Source: an uncultured Bacilli bacterium (GTDB lineage: Bacteria > Bacillota_I > Bacilli_A > RF39 > UBA660). Taken from it: 32,874 nucleotides of DNA. Below, piece after piece: positions 1-9,655 of this stretch. The notes beneath the pieces were generated by a model. The model searched no databases and was not told where the DNA came from. It saw only the letters and a list, made by a program, of their open reading frames with translations. The stretch's first letter is position 1. Each line of letters opens with the position of its first letter. The stretch covers positions 1 to 32,874 of the forward strand of contig CANQMC010000001.1 of NCBI GenBank assembly GCA_947624855.1, given 5' to 3'. A program made the position numbers and the translations under genes.

Positions 1-73
1 TTTTTTTTAATTTTTTTTCAAAAATTACTTCTTTATTTTAATTCTTTTTATCTTTTTTGGTCAAATTAGACAA

Positions 74-100
74 AAAACCTCATTTTTTAAACAAGGTTTT
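74..100 (-). terminator. Hairpin terminator downstream of parE, possibly bidirectional
   Basis: AAAACCT (74-80) pairs with AGGTTTT (94-100) around a 13-nt loop. U-rich sequence follows on either strand. It lies just 3' of the parE stop at 112. Confidence 0.45.
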
Positions 101-111
101 TACTAATTAAA

Positions 112-2019
112 TTATATTGCTCTATAATCATCTTCCATTGTAAAGATAATATTTTCTTCGATCCATTCTTTTCTAGGTTCAACTTTATCACCCATTAAAA
201 CACTAACTCTTTTTTCCGCTAAAGCCGCATCATATATATTTACTCTAATTAAACTTCTAGTATCTGGATTCATTGTCGTATCCCAAAGTTCTTCGGCACT
301 CATTTCACCCAAACCTTTATTTCTTGATATATCTGGTTTTCCAGTATTATCTGCAACAATTTGAAATCTTTCTTCATCAGAATAAGCATAAAAATACTTT
401 TTGCCATAATCAATTTTATATAAAGGTGGCTTAGCAATATAAAGTTTACCAGCCTCAATTAAAGGACGCATAAATCTATAAAAAAATGTTAAAAGTAAGA
501 TTTGAATATGAGATCCATCAACATCTGCATCGGTCATAATAATAACTTTATCATAATTAGAATCATCAGCTTCAAATTCTGGACCTACCCCAGCTCCTAT
601 CGTATGAATAATCGTATTTATTTCTTCATTTTTTAAAATATCTGCTACATTAGCTTTTTCAGAATTAATAACTTTACCTTTTAAAGGTAAGATAGCTTGA
701 AAACGTCTATTTCTTCCACCTTTAGCTGAACCTCCAGCTGAATCTCCTTCGACCAAAAATAATTCATTTTTTTTAGGATCTTTTGTTGAAGCTGGAGCAA
801 ACTTTCCAGAAAGATTTTTTTCAAGTTTATTTTTACCTTTTCCACTTCGGGCTTCTTCACGAGCTTTTCTAGCTGCCTCTCTAGCAAATTTACTTTTACT
901 AGCTTTATCAATAATATTTAAAGCTGCTTCTTTATTTTCTTCTAAGAAAAATTTTAAATTTTCATAAGTAATAGATTCGGTTACACTTCGAGCTTCTGGT
1001 GTTCCTAATTTCCCTTTTGTTTGACCTTCAAATTGCAATAAATTTTCAGGAATTCGTAGATTAATCACGGCACTTAAGCCCTCTCTTACATCACTGCCAT
1101 CAAAAGTACTATCTTTTCCTTTTAAAATATTATTACTTTTAACATAATCATTAAAAGCTTTAGTAATACCTGTTTTAAAACCTACTTCATGGGTCCCTCC
1201 ATCAATAGTTTTAACATTATTAACAAAAGACAAAATATTTTCATTATATGTATCTGTATATTGCATAGCTATATCTACTTCAATTCCACTTTTAGAACCA
1301 TTAAAACTAATAACATTATGTAAACTACCTTTATCTTCATTCATATATTCAACAAAATTAACAAGTCCATTTTCATAATGAAATTTAGCTTCTTTTTTAC
1401 TATCTTCATCTTTTACTTCAATCGTAACATTAGGAATTAAAAAAGCACTTTCTTGCATTCTTTCTGTAATTGTAGTATAAGAAAATTGACAATTTTTAAA
1501 TATTTCATAATCTGGTAAAAAAGTAACAATTGTACCTGTTTTATTAGTAGTACCAATCACTTTTAAAGGACTTTCTACTATTCCCCCATCTTTAAATCTA
1601 ATATTAGATATTTCTCCATCTCGATAAATAATAACATCCATTTTTTTAGATAATGCATTAACTACGGAACCACCAACACCATGAAGTCCTCCACTTACTT
1701 TATAATTGCCTTCTTCAAATTTCCCACCGGCATGCAAAACTGTATAAATAACTTCTGGTGTACTTTTACCAGATTCATGCATTCCAGTTGGAACTCCTCG
1801 ACCATTATCAGCAATGGTAATACTTCCATCTTTATTTAAAACAATTTTAATGTGATTCCCATATCCATTTATTATTTCATCAATAGAATTATCAACAATT
1901 TCCCAAACCAAATGATGTAGCCCTCTTTTATCTGTGCTACCAATATACATACCAGGTCTTTTTCGAACTGCTTCTAATCCCTCTAATATTTTAATCGATG
2001 ATGCATCATACTTTGCCAT
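112..2019 (-). CDS. parE: DNA topoisomerase IV subunit B (type IIA topoisomerase ATPase subunit, ParE rather than GyrB)
   Basis: Full-length GHKL/TOPRIM protein with LEGLEAVRKRPGMYIGST, EGDSAGGSAKGGR and IMTDADVDGSHI. Segments LSGKFAPAS and MGDKVEPRKEWIEENIIF match my recollection of B. subtilis ParE (SGKLTPAG, EPRRKWIEKNVAF) better than GyrB (LPGKLADC, EPRRNFIEANARY). Start trimmed to the ATG at 2019, which follows AAGGGTGA; the ORF-track GTG at 2028 sits inside that SD. Confidence 0.8.
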   Translation of the reverse strand: MAKYDASSIKILEGLEAVRKRPGMYIGSTDKRGLHHLVWEIVDNSIDEIINGYGNHIKIVLNKDGSITIADNGRGVPTGMHESGKSTPEVIYTVLHAGGKFEEGNYKVSGGLHGVGGSVVNALSKKMDVIIYRDGEISNIRFKDGGIVESPLKVIGTTNKTGTIVTFLPDYEIFKNCQFSYTTITERMQESAFLIPNVTIEVKDEDSKKEAKFHYENGLVNFVEYMNEDKGSLHNVISFNGSKSGIEVDIAMQYTDTYNENILSFVNNVKTIDGGTHEVGFKTGITKAFNDYVKSNNILKGKDSTFDGSDVREGLSAVINLRIPENLLQFEGQTKGKLGTPEARSVTESITYENLKFFLEENKEAALNIIDKASKSKFAREAARKAREEARSGKGKNKLEKNLSGKFAPASTKDPKKNELFLVEGDSAGGSAKGGRNRRFQAILPLKGKVINSEKANVADILKNEEINTIIHTIGAGVGPEFEADDSNYDKVIIMTDADVDGSHIQILLLTFFYRFMRPLIEAGKLYIAKPPLYKIDYGKKYFYAYSDEERFQIVADNTGKPDISRNKGLGEMSAEELWDTTMNPDTRSLIRVNIYDAALAEKRVSVLMGDKVEPRKEWIEENIIFTMEDDYRAI

Positions 2020-2235
2020 CTTATTCACCCTTATAAATTATACCAAAATATTAAAAAAATGTAAAATAATCTTACATCAATTTTACACTTTTTCTTTTCT
2101 AACTAATTTATTATTTTTTATATAATCTTTATATTTTATAAAAATAAGGTTTAATCTCAATTTATTTTAAGAATAGCAATTTTATTATTGCAATTAATAA
2201 AAAATTTATATATAATTTTTTTAAGAGGTATTAAT

Positions 2236-2703
2236 ATGCAAAAAAAATTAATTATAATTACAATTACAATCATCTTATTTGTTATAATAATTATGGGAGC
2301 TTTATTTTTAAAAGATAAAAATAAAAATTATCAAAATGAAAATGTTACAATATATCTTTTTCGAGGTGAAACTTGCCCTTATTGTGAAAATGCTTTAAAT
2401 TATTTTAAATCCACAATCGATAATTATCCTAATATTAATGTAATAAGCTATGAAGTTTGGAATAATAAAGAAAATGCTCAATTAAAAAATGCCATAATTA
2501 AAGAACTTAACATTCCCAAAACTAGTGTACCATTATTTGTAATCGGTGATTATTATAAAATAGGTTTTAGTGATAATGGTCAAAAATTAATCGATAAAGC
2601 TTTAGAAGAAATTAATAATGAAAATTATCAAGATGTTGTTGCAAACATTATTAAAGAGAACAATTTTAATTTAACACCTGAAAAAATAACTAGTAATTCC
2701 TAG
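2236..2703 (+). CDS. Membrane-anchored thioredoxin/glutaredoxin-fold protein with a CPYC motif
   Basis: N-terminal TM helix (KKLIIITITIILFVIIIMGALFL) followed by FRGETCPYCENA, a CxxC redox motif in thioredoxin-fold context. Start moved to the ATG at 2236, preceded by AAGAGG. Confidence 0.6.
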   Translation: MQKKLIIITITIILFVIIIMGALFLKDKNKNYQNENVTIYLFRGETCPYCENALNYFKSTIDNYPNINVISYEVWNNKENAQLKNAIIKELNIPKTSVPLFVIGDYYKIGFSDNGQKLIDKALEEINNENYQDVVANIIKENNFNLTPEKITSNS

Positions 2704-2712
2704 TTATTTATT

Positions 2713-3132
2713 TTAATATCTTACTCTTTCACCACTAATAGGTTCAAAAAAACTACTTCTTTTCCAATCAATTAAAGCATGAATTAATTTATCTTCATCC
2801 CAATCATGAATATCAGCCATTATATCTGTATATTCTTGATAATTATAAGTTTCACCAAAATAATTCATAAATGGTGTATCTTTTGAAAAATAATCATACC
2901 AATTAAATATAATTTCTTTAAATTCTTTATCATTTGGCCTAGAATTACTTTTTATATAACTATACATTTCATCCAAACTATACTTACTTTCTTTTAAATC
3001 TGATTTAATACTTGTTGGAGATGAATATATTTTTTTATTATCCTTTTCTTTTAAACCAGTTGCTAATCCTAAACCAATTATAATTGCCAACACAATTACT
3101 CCTATTATAATTATTATGTTTCTTTTATGCAT
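2713..3132 (-). CDS. Small single-pass membrane protein, function unknown
   Basis: ORF with an N-terminal TM helix (IIIIIGVIVLAIIIGLGLATGL). The ATG at 3132 is preceded by AAAGGAGG, and the ORF-track TTG start overlaps that SD. I recognise no family. Confidence 0.55.
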   Translation of the reverse strand: MHKRNIIIIIGVIVLAIIIGLGLATGLKEKDNKKIYSSPTSIKSDLKESKYSLDEMYSYIKSNSRPNDKEFKEIIFNWYDYFSKDTPFMNYFGETYNYQEYTDIMADIHDWDEDKLIHALIDWKRSSFFEPISGERVRY

Positions 3133-3221
3133 TCTTTTACCTCCTTTCAAACCAATTTTATCTTATTATTTTAATTTTGCCAACAAAGGATTACTTGAGT
3201 TATAAAAAAAGAAACTCTAGT

Positions 3222-4238
3222 TTAACTTGAATTCTTAATTTTTTTATATTCTTTTAAAATTTTATTAGTTATATCTTGATAATTACAATCTCCAATTAAA
3301 CATTTTTTATTATTAGTTTTAGTATTATATTTTAAATTCATCACTAAAACATTTTTATAATATGTTTTACCTTCAATTAAATTATTTTTAACATCATAAT
3401 TTATATTATAATATATATCTTTATCCACCATATTATAATAAAATATATTATCTTCTAAATTATAAGCTAACTTTAAATTTTCTTCATTTTTTTCATAATA
3501 ATCTTTATTAGTTAATTTGTAATTATTATTTAATAATAAAGTTTTAACATTAGCTTTCTCTTTCAAATAATTATAATTATCATTTTGTAAACTATTTATA
3601 TCAGTTAAAACTATTTTAAAAGTTTCATTAAAAGAATTATTATCAATATTATAATTAATATCTATATATAAATTATTTAAATTACTTAAAATATCTTTTT
3701 TAAAATATTTAGGATTATCTAAATTATCTACTAAAGTAATTTTAGTTTTATTTCTTTTAAAAACTATTTCTTCTTTTTTAAAATTACTAACATACAAAGA
3801 AAAACTATTAATAATATAATCTTCTTTAAATTTAAGATCATCTATTTCTAAAATAACATTATCTTTAGAAGTTATCAAAAAAGAATTTCCTAAATCTAAA
3901 TTATTAGCCGTTAAATGATAAATATTATATTTTTGATAATTATTTATAAAATAAAAAGCAAAAAAGCTTGTTAAAACAATCAATATAAATAAGATAATCA
4001 AAAATATTATATCCAAATACTTTCTTTTTTTATTTTGATATAAACAACCCAAAAAATCGTAATCTAAAATTAAACTTAATTTAGCTAGTATTTCAATATC
4101 AGGATAATTTTTACCTGTTTCCCAATTAGATACTGCTCGGTCTGAAACATTTAATTTTTGAGCTAATTTTGCTTGTGTTAATTTCTTTTTCTTTCGTAAA
4201 TTACTAATAATTGAACCAATATCTTTTTCCAAAACCAA
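3222..4238 (-). CDS. Membrane-tethered XRE-family (HTH_3) transcriptional regulator with a large extracytoplasmic domain
   Basis: N-terminal HTH (LTQAKLAQKLNVSDRAVSNWETGKNYPDIEIL), then one TM helix (IIFLIILFILIVLTSFFAFYFI), then an Asn/Tyr-rich domain of about 240 aa. The real start may be the TTG at 4232, 8-9 nt after AGGGAGG. It is a paralog of the N-terminus of 22738-23403. Confidence 0.75.
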   Translation of the reverse strand: MVLEKDIGSIISNLRKKKKLTQAKLAQKLNVSDRAVSNWETGKNYPDIEILAKLSLILDYDFLGCLYQNKKRKYLDIIFLIILFILIVLTSFFAFYFINNYQKYNIYHLTANNLDLGNSFLITSKDNVILEIDDLKFKEDYIINSFSLYVSNFKKEEIVFKRNKTKITLVDNLDNPKYFKKDILSNLNNLYIDINYNIDNNSFNETFKIVLTDINSLQNDNYNYLKEKANVKTLLLNNNYKLTNKDYYEKNEENLKLAYNLEDNIFYYNMVDKDIYYNINYDVKNNLIEGKTYYKNVLVMNLKYNTKTNNKKCLIGDCNYQDITNKILKEYKKIKNSS

Positions 4239-4252
4239 ACCTCCCTTTTAAA

Positions 4253-4798
4253 TTACAATTTTTTTAAAATTTCATCTATTCTATGCTCTAGATCTTCTTT
4301 AGATTTATCATTAAAAACATAATAATCAGCAAAAGCAATAGGGCCACCTTTTTCTACCCCTTCAATTTCCCAAATATCTCGATTTTGAGCATCTTGATAA
4401 GTTGCAGGTCGATCTACTCTTTCACTTAATCTTTGATATCTAATATTTTTATCTACTACTACAGCAATTAAAGTAAAAGCATCTCCAAATTTTTCTTTTA
4501 ATATTTTATATTCACTCCAAGAATATAATCCATCTAATACTACATTACCTTTTTTATATAATTCTTCTATTTTAGGTAATAAAATAATTGCATAAGCTCC
4601 CATTCCTAATTCTTTTCTTAAACCTTCACGCATTTCTTTTTCACTTAAAGGTGTTACTTCAATATTTTTTTCTTTTAATTTATCATAAGTAACTCCCCCA
4701 AAATATACTTTTTCATAATTTAATTTTTGAAAATAATCAACTACAACTGATTTACCACTTCCAGTCATTCCCACGATTGCTACAATTTTATTCATCAT
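4253..4798 (-). CDS. P-loop nucleotide/nucleoside kinase-like protein (dephospho-CoA kinase/adenylate kinase superfamily)
   Basis: Walker A motif IVGMTGSGKS at the N-terminus, size about 180 aa, LDG and R-rich lid-like segment (RYQRLSERVDRP). Exact specificity is not assignable from sequence by eye. Confidence 0.55.
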   Translation of the reverse strand: MMNKIVAIVGMTGSGKSVVVDYFQKLNYEKVYFGGVTYDKLKEKNIEVTPLSEKEMREGLRKELGMGAYAIILLPKIEELYKKGNVVLDGLYSWSEYKILKEKFGDAFTLIAVVVDKNIRYQRLSERVDRPATYQDAQNRDIWEIEGVEKGGPIAFADYYVFNDKSKEDLEHRIDEILKKL

Positions 4799-4802
4799 AT
4801 CC

Positions 4803-5690
4803 CTACTTTCTTTTATTCTCGGAAATTAATTCCATATTTTCTGTCAATTGTTTAATTCTTTCAATTATTCTTCTAGCTTTTACTTTATCTAATGAACTTT
4901 TAGTTAAAGCTAAATGATATTCTAACTCTTCAATAGATAAATTTGAAGTAAAAAATGTTGTTAAATAATTATTCATTCTATTTTGTAAAATAGTTCCTAA
5001 AACTTCATCTCTTCCCCATTCACTAACCTGTTCAGCTCCAATATCATCAATTAACAATATTGGTACATTTGAATAATAATCTATTTTTTCATTATAAGTA
5101 TTCCAATCATCTTTTAAAGTTCTAAGTATTTCTGGAAAATATAAAGCTTTAAATTCTATTTTTTTATTAATTTTTAATTCATTTAATAAAGCATATAATA
5201 AATAAGTTTTACCACTTCCAAATACTCCATGTAAATATAAACCTTTCATATTTTTAATACCATCATAATTATTATAAAACTCTTTAATCCATTTAAGTAA
5301 AGAACCTCTTTCTTTAATACTTGTATCAATATCTTTAAATCTAGCATTAAATAACTCTTTACTGGCTGTATTTCTAAGTTCTAATAATTTATCATTTTCT
5401 TTTTTATATTTACATGGTACATAACCTAAATCTACTATATCATTATCTATTTTAGGATATAAAAAGTAACCCATTACTTTATTTTGACATTCATATAAAC
5501 CTTTACAATTATGACAATTTTTAAGTTCTTTAACACTATCCATTAAACAATTACTATTTAAAATCGCCAATTTTTTACTTATTTTAAGTTTTTTAATTAA
5601 TTCTTTAAAAGTATCATCTTCCATATTTTCTTTATATACTTCTTCTAAATCAATATTTACTTCTTTTTTAATATTATTAATTTTTTCCAT
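4803..5690 (-). CDS. dnaI: Primosomal helicase loader DnaI (AAA+)
   Basis: N-terminal Cys-rich zinc module (CHNCKGLYECQ...C), Walker A GVFGSGKT and Walker B LLIDDIGAE. It lies directly downstream of a DnaB_2/DnaD-domain gene, as in the B. subtilis dnaB-dnaI operon. Confidence 0.85.
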   Translation of the reverse strand: MEKINNIKKEVNIDLEEVYKENMEDDTFKELIKKLKISKKLAILNSNCLMDSVKELKNCHNCKGLYECQNKVMGYFLYPKIDNDIVDLGYVPCKYKKENDKLLELRNTASKELFNARFKDIDTSIKERGSLLKWIKEFYNNYDGIKNMKGLYLHGVFGSGKTYLLYALLNELKINKKIEFKALYFPEILRTLKDDWNTYNEKIDYYSNVPILLIDDIGAEQVSEWGRDEVLGTILQNRMNNYLTTFFTSNLSIEELEYHLALTKSSLDKVKARRIIERIKQLTENMELISENKRK

Positions 5691-5694
5691 TTAA

Positions 5695-6972
5695 TCACCT
5701 AAATTCTTTAAATAAGTCATCTAATTCTTTCTTTTCTTCTTCACTTATTTCCTCTTTCGTAATATTTTTATCAAACCAAACAGGTACTGGAACTTCATTT
5801 ATTTTTTTAGTTTTATCTTTGCTATTTCCTTTTTGTAATTTTTTATGTTCTTTTTCCGCAAATTCCATCGCTTCTCTGGCTGTTTTAATATTAGCTCTTT
5901 TCCATTGGCCGGCGATAGTTTCAACATAATTAACAGTAAGTTTATTATTATTTTTCTTAAGTACATAATCAATTAAAACATTAACTACCGCAGGATTTAA
6001 CTCTAAATCAATTAACAAAGTTTCTAATAATTTTAGATCTCTACTTGTAGGAGGTACACCTTTATATTTATTTTTTAAAAAATCATAAGGACTAGTATTT
6101 TCAAACACCCCAATAATTCTTCCTTTTTTCGAATTATCCCCCAAAGGTGATTTTAAATAATCTGGTTGAGTTCGATAAACAAGAGTTGGTAAAGTACCAT
6201 GATGGAATTGATAATACTTTCTAGCATTTTTTCTTAAAACTTCTTTATCAATTGAGCCTTTTTCATTAATACTAGTTCTTATAAGTTCAATAATTTTTAA
6301 AGTATCTAAATCATATATAAAACTTAAATTAATAATCAATTCTTTTACTTTTTTATTAATAGCTTTTTCATTTAATATACCTCTTGGAATACTACTAATA
6401 ATCATATCAAAATCAATATTTGATTTAATATTTAAAGGTAATTTCTCACTTTCTCTAGCTTCAATAAAAGGAGCACTCGTAGCTTCAAAAGTTTCATTTA
6501 AAGTTTTAGTAATATCTTCATAATCTTTTAAATTAATATTAACTTTACAATAAAGTTTTTTTAAATCATTATATTCTATTTCACCTATATTATTATATAA
6601 AACAATATTTAAAATAGGATTATTAAAAAATTCACTAGCACTTAAAGGAGAATATAATTCATAAACATAAGAATTAATATCCCCAGCTTTAAAATAAGTT
6701 TTTAAAAGGCCAACTCCCTCTAAAGCCTCTCTAGCATGTTTAATACTTTCTAAATCACATTTTAAAATACTCATTAAATGATGATGAGTAAAATCTTTAC
6801 TCATTAATTCTAATCTATCTAAATCACTCCATAAAGTTAAATATAAACTAGTTGCTCCAAAGCCAATAATAGGTTCATATAAATTAATAATATTTCTTTT
6901 ATCAATTTCGGTTAAAACAGTTCTATTAACTACAACATATTTATCTGCAGGTAAAAGAGTTATTAATTTCAT
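5695..6972 (-). CDS. dnaB: Replication initiation and membrane attachment protein (B. subtilis-type DnaB, DnaD/DnaB_2 domain; not the helicase)
   Basis: About 425 aa. The C-terminal DnaB_2-like segment is NYVETIAGQWKRANIKTAREAMEFAEKEHKK. The stop is 4 nt from the dnaI start. SD GGAGGTG precedes the ATG. Confidence 0.75.
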   Translation of the reverse strand: MKLITLLPADKYVVVNRTVLTEIDKRNIINLYEPIIGFGATSLYLTLWSDLDRLELMSKDFTHHHLMSILKCDLESIKHAREALEGVGLLKTYFKAGDINSYVYELYSPLSASEFFNNPILNIVLYNNIGEIEYNDLKKLYCKVNINLKDYEDITKTLNETFEATSAPFIEARESEKLPLNIKSNIDFDMIISSIPRGILNEKAINKKVKELIINLSFIYDLDTLKIIELIRTSINEKGSIDKEVLRKNARKYYQFHHGTLPTLVYRTQPDYLKSPLGDNSKKGRIIGVFENTSPYDFLKNKYKGVPPTSRDLKLLETLLIDLELNPAVVNVLIDYVLKKNNNKLTVNYVETIAGQWKRANIKTAREAMEFAEKEHKKLQKGNSKDKTKKINEVPVPVWFDKNITKEEISEEEKKELDDLFKEFR

Positions 6973-6996
6973 ATGAACACCTCCATATCTACTATT

Positions 6997-7025
6997 ATTA
7001 TAAAATAGTTTTTTAATTAAAACAA
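6997..7025 (-). promoter_or_regulatory. Sigma-A-type promoter candidate for dnaB-dnaI
   Basis: On the minus strand: TTGTTT (7025-7020), 17-nt spacer, TATAAT (7002-6997), about 25 nt upstream of the dnaB start. Confidence 0.4.
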
Positions 7026-7041
7026 GAAAAAAAAGAAAATA

Positions 7042-8082
7042 CTATCTAATATTTTCTCTTACATAATTTGATTCAGTAATTAATTTTAATAAATCTTCAT
7101 TAGTAATAACTCCATTAACATAATCTAAAGCTAAATTTTTATCAATAACCATTAATACTTTATCTGTATAAACTGATAAAGTATGAGAATTATTACTTTT
7201 ATTTTCTTTTATTAAAGCATAACTTTCCCCTTGATTATCAAAACCGAATTTTTTAGTATTCATTCCTTCATTAATCTCTAATACTAAATTATTAGGTAAA
7301 GCATACTCTTGTAAAGTTTCTAATTCTTTATCTTTTACTTGATAAATTAATTTCTTTTCATGTAAATTTTTATCAAAAGCTTGTTTTATACTATAATTAA
7401 AATTAACTGGTCCATTTAATTTATTATTATAAGAAATATTAATATCTTTATCTTCTTCTATATAACTACCATTTAAATTATAAATATAATCTCCTTTAGC
7501 ATAAACTGAATTAAAAAATACAGAATTATCGGTAATAGATATAATAAATAATTTCCCTTTATGAGAAAAATGAAAAACATCTTCCGTAATTTTATAATTC
7601 GAATTTTCTTGAATTGCTAATTTAATTTCTGCTACAAGTCTTGATAAAAATGTTTTATCTTTAATTTTATTATTTAAACGATTAACAAAATTTAAAACTT
7701 TTTCATCCCCATCAAAACAAAAATTTAAAATATTTAAAGAATTAAAATTTCGATATTTTGATAAAGTATCTAAACTTGCATAATAAGGAATATTATTAAA
7801 ACCTTCTAAAGAATAAATATTAGATCTAATATCTTCTCCTGTTGTTTCTCCATAAATAAAAGGCATAAAATCTTCCGCTAATTCTCCTGTATTATATAAT
7901 GTATAACCTCTTCTAAGTCCACATTTAAAACATTTTTCAATTGTAACTGGTTTATTATTTACATTTATAATATCTTCAACATAAATATGTTTATCACACT
8001 TTTTCATTCTTTGATAAGCTTCATTTAATCTTAAAAATTCCTCTTTTATTTTTCTTCTTTCATCTTGAATATTTACTTTCAT
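7042..8082 (-). CDS. Hypothetical protein (346 aa) with an N-terminal CxxH...CxxC motif
   Basis: Long ORF with AT-rich codon usage like its neighbours. It has KKCDKH...CFKCG near the N-terminus. I recognise no family. Confidence 0.55.
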   Translation of the reverse strand: MKVNIQDERRKIKEEFLRLNEAYQRMKKCDKHIYVEDIINVNNKPVTIEKCFKCGLRRGYTLYNTGELAEDFMPFIYGETTGEDIRSNIYSLEGFNNIPYYASLDTLSKYRNFNSLNILNFCFDGDEKVLNFVNRLNNKIKDKTFLSRLVAEIKLAIQENSNYKITEDVFHFSHKGKLFIISITDNSVFFNSVYAKGDYIYNLNGSYIEEDKDINISYNNKLNGPVNFNYSIKQAFDKNLHEKKLIYQVKDKELETLQEYALPNNLVLEINEGMNTKKFGFDNQGESYALIKENKSNNSHTLSVYTDKVLMVIDKNLALDYVNGVITNEDLLKLITESNYVRENIR

Positions 8083-8097
8083 TTTTTAAAACTCCCT

Positions 8098-9471
8098 CTA
8101 AAATTTAATTATATTATCAATATATTCTTTTAAATCTTTAATTTTTACAACTTCTTGTGCCATTGTATCTCGATGTCTTACTGTAACTGTCTCATTATTA
8201 ATTGATTCATCATCAACTGTAATACAAATAGGTGTACCAATCGCATCACTTCTTCGATATCTTTTACCAATTGAGCCACTAGTATCTATACTACACATAA
8301 AATAATTACACAAATCACCATATATATCTTTAGCAAGTTCTTCATGATTTTTCTTTATTAATGGCAAGATAGTAGCTTTAAGTGGTGCTAAAGCTGGATG
8401 TATTTTTAATACTAATCTTTCTTCACCATTTTCTAATATTTCTTTATAATAAGCATCTGTTAAAACTGCATATAATAATCTATCTAAACCCACACTTGGT
8501 TCAATAACATAAGGTAAATATCTTTCATTAGTATCAGGGTCTAAATATCTTAAATCAACTTTAGAATGTTCCATATGAACTCCTAAATCATAATCAGTTC
8601 GATCGGCAATACCCCACAATTCTCCAAAACCAGTTGGAAATTTATATTCAATATCTGTAGTAGCTTTACTATAAAAAGATAATTCTTCTTTAGTATGATC
8701 ACGATATCTTAAATTTTCTTTATTTAAACCAATAGACTTTAAAAAATCTAAACAAAAGTTTTTCCAATATCCAAACCAATCTAAATCATCACCTGGTTTA
8801 CAAAAAAATTCTAATTCCATTTGTTCAAATTCTCTAGTTCTAAAAATAAAGTTTCCTGGTGTAATTTCATTTCTAAAACTTTTACCTGTTTGACATATCC
8901 CAAATGGTAATTTAACTCTCATACTTCGCCAAACATTTACAAAATTAACGAATATTCCCTGAGCAGTTTCCCCTCTTAAATAAACTTTAGCTTTATTATC
9001 TTCTGTAACTCCTTGATGAGTTTCAAATAATAAATTAAATTTTCTAATTCCTGTAAAATCTAATTTACCACATTTAGGACAAGTAATATTATTTTCTTTA
9101 ATAAAATTTTCTAATTTAGCATTATCCCAACCATCACCAGTTTCTTTACCACCTGTAAATTCTTCAATTAATTTATCCGCTCTAAAACGAGATTTACAAG
9201 CTTTACAATCAATTAAAGGATCATTAAAATTAGTTACATGTCCACTAGCTACCCAAACTTCAGGATTCATTAAAATAGCACTGTCAAGGCCATAATTATA
9301 TGGATTTTCTTGAACAAATTTTTTCCACCATGCTCTTCTTAAATTTTCTTTTAATTCTCTTCCTAAAGGTCCATAATCCCAAGTATTAGCAAGTCCTCCA
9401 TATATTTCACTTCCTTGAAATATAAATCCATATTGTTTACAATAATTAACTAATTCTTCTTGAGTTACCAT
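8098..9471 (-). CDS. glyQS: Glycine--tRNA ligase, single-chain (alpha2) GlyQS type
   Basis: Class II aaRS motifs with unmistakable GlyRS similarity (YGGLANTWDYGPLG, FRNEITPGNFIFRTREFEQMELEFF, GLDRLLYAVL). Start trimmed to the ATG at 9471 (MVTQEEL) after GAAAGGAA. The ORF-track extension runs through the leader terminator U-tract. Confidence 0.92.
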   Translation of the reverse strand: MVTQEELVNYCKQYGFIFQGSEIYGGLANTWDYGPLGRELKENLRRAWWKKFVQENPYNYGLDSAILMNPEVWVASGHVTNFNDPLIDCKACKSRFRADKLIEEFTGGKETGDGWDNAKLENFIKENNITCPKCGKLDFTGIRKFNLLFETHQGVTEDNKAKVYLRGETAQGIFVNFVNVWRSMRVKLPFGICQTGKSFRNEITPGNFIFRTREFEQMELEFFCKPGDDLDWFGYWKNFCLDFLKSIGLNKENLRYRDHTKEELSFYSKATTDIEYKFPTGFGELWGIADRTDYDLGVHMEHSKVDLRYLDPDTNERYLPYVIEPSVGLDRLLYAVLTDAYYKEILENGEERLVLKIHPALAPLKATILPLIKKNHEELAKDIYGDLCNYFMCSIDTSGSIGKRYRRSDAIGTPICITVDDESINNETVTVRHRDTMAQEVVKIKDLKEYIDNIIKF

Positions 9472-9484
9472 CTTATCATTCCTT

Positions 9485-9612
9485 TCATTAAAAAACTCTA
9501 AAAGAAACATAGGGACGCAAATATGCGCGGTTCCACCCTACTTATTTCTTTTAGAGAAATCACTTTTCAATATATAACTCCGGATTTTCCACATCCATCA
9601 CCGTTTGTATGT
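9485..9612 (-). promoter_or_regulatory. T-box riboswitch leader of glyQS
   Basis: The minus-strand RNA contains AAGUAGGGUGGAACCGCG (core at 9538-9526), close to the T-box consensus AAUUAGGGUGGUACCGCG. A terminator follows: UAGGG...GCGCA-UAUU-UGCGU-CCCUA, then UGUUUCUUUU. The 5' boundary and specifier are uncertain; a GGA triplet at 9581-9579 is a possible Gly specifier. Confidence 0.7.
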
Positions 9613-9616
9613 ATTT

Positions 9617-9645
9617 ATTATACCTTATATTTCATAATAAATCAA
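9617..9645 (-). promoter_or_regulatory. Sigma-A-type promoter of the glyQS leader
   Basis: On the minus strand: TTGATT (9645-9640), exactly 17 nt, TATAAT (9622-9617). Confidence 0.55.
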
Positions 9646-9655
9646 TACTATATTT

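Noticed and set aside
681-911. 76-aa ORF on the minus strand inside parE
   Set aside because: It is an alternative-frame shadow ORF wholly inside a well-supported parE CDS, with low-complexity Lys/Leu/Glu content typical of AT-rich out-of-frame reading.
112-2019. Calling this gene gyrB
   Set aside because: The linker and C-terminal motifs resemble ParE more than GyrB as recalled from B. subtilis. This remains a judgement call without an alignment or phylogeny.
1934-2125. 63-aa plus-strand ORF overlapping the parE start
   Set aside because: It is antisense to the conserved parE N-terminus, has no SD, and its hydrophobic low-complexity product is typical of antisense AT-rich DNA.
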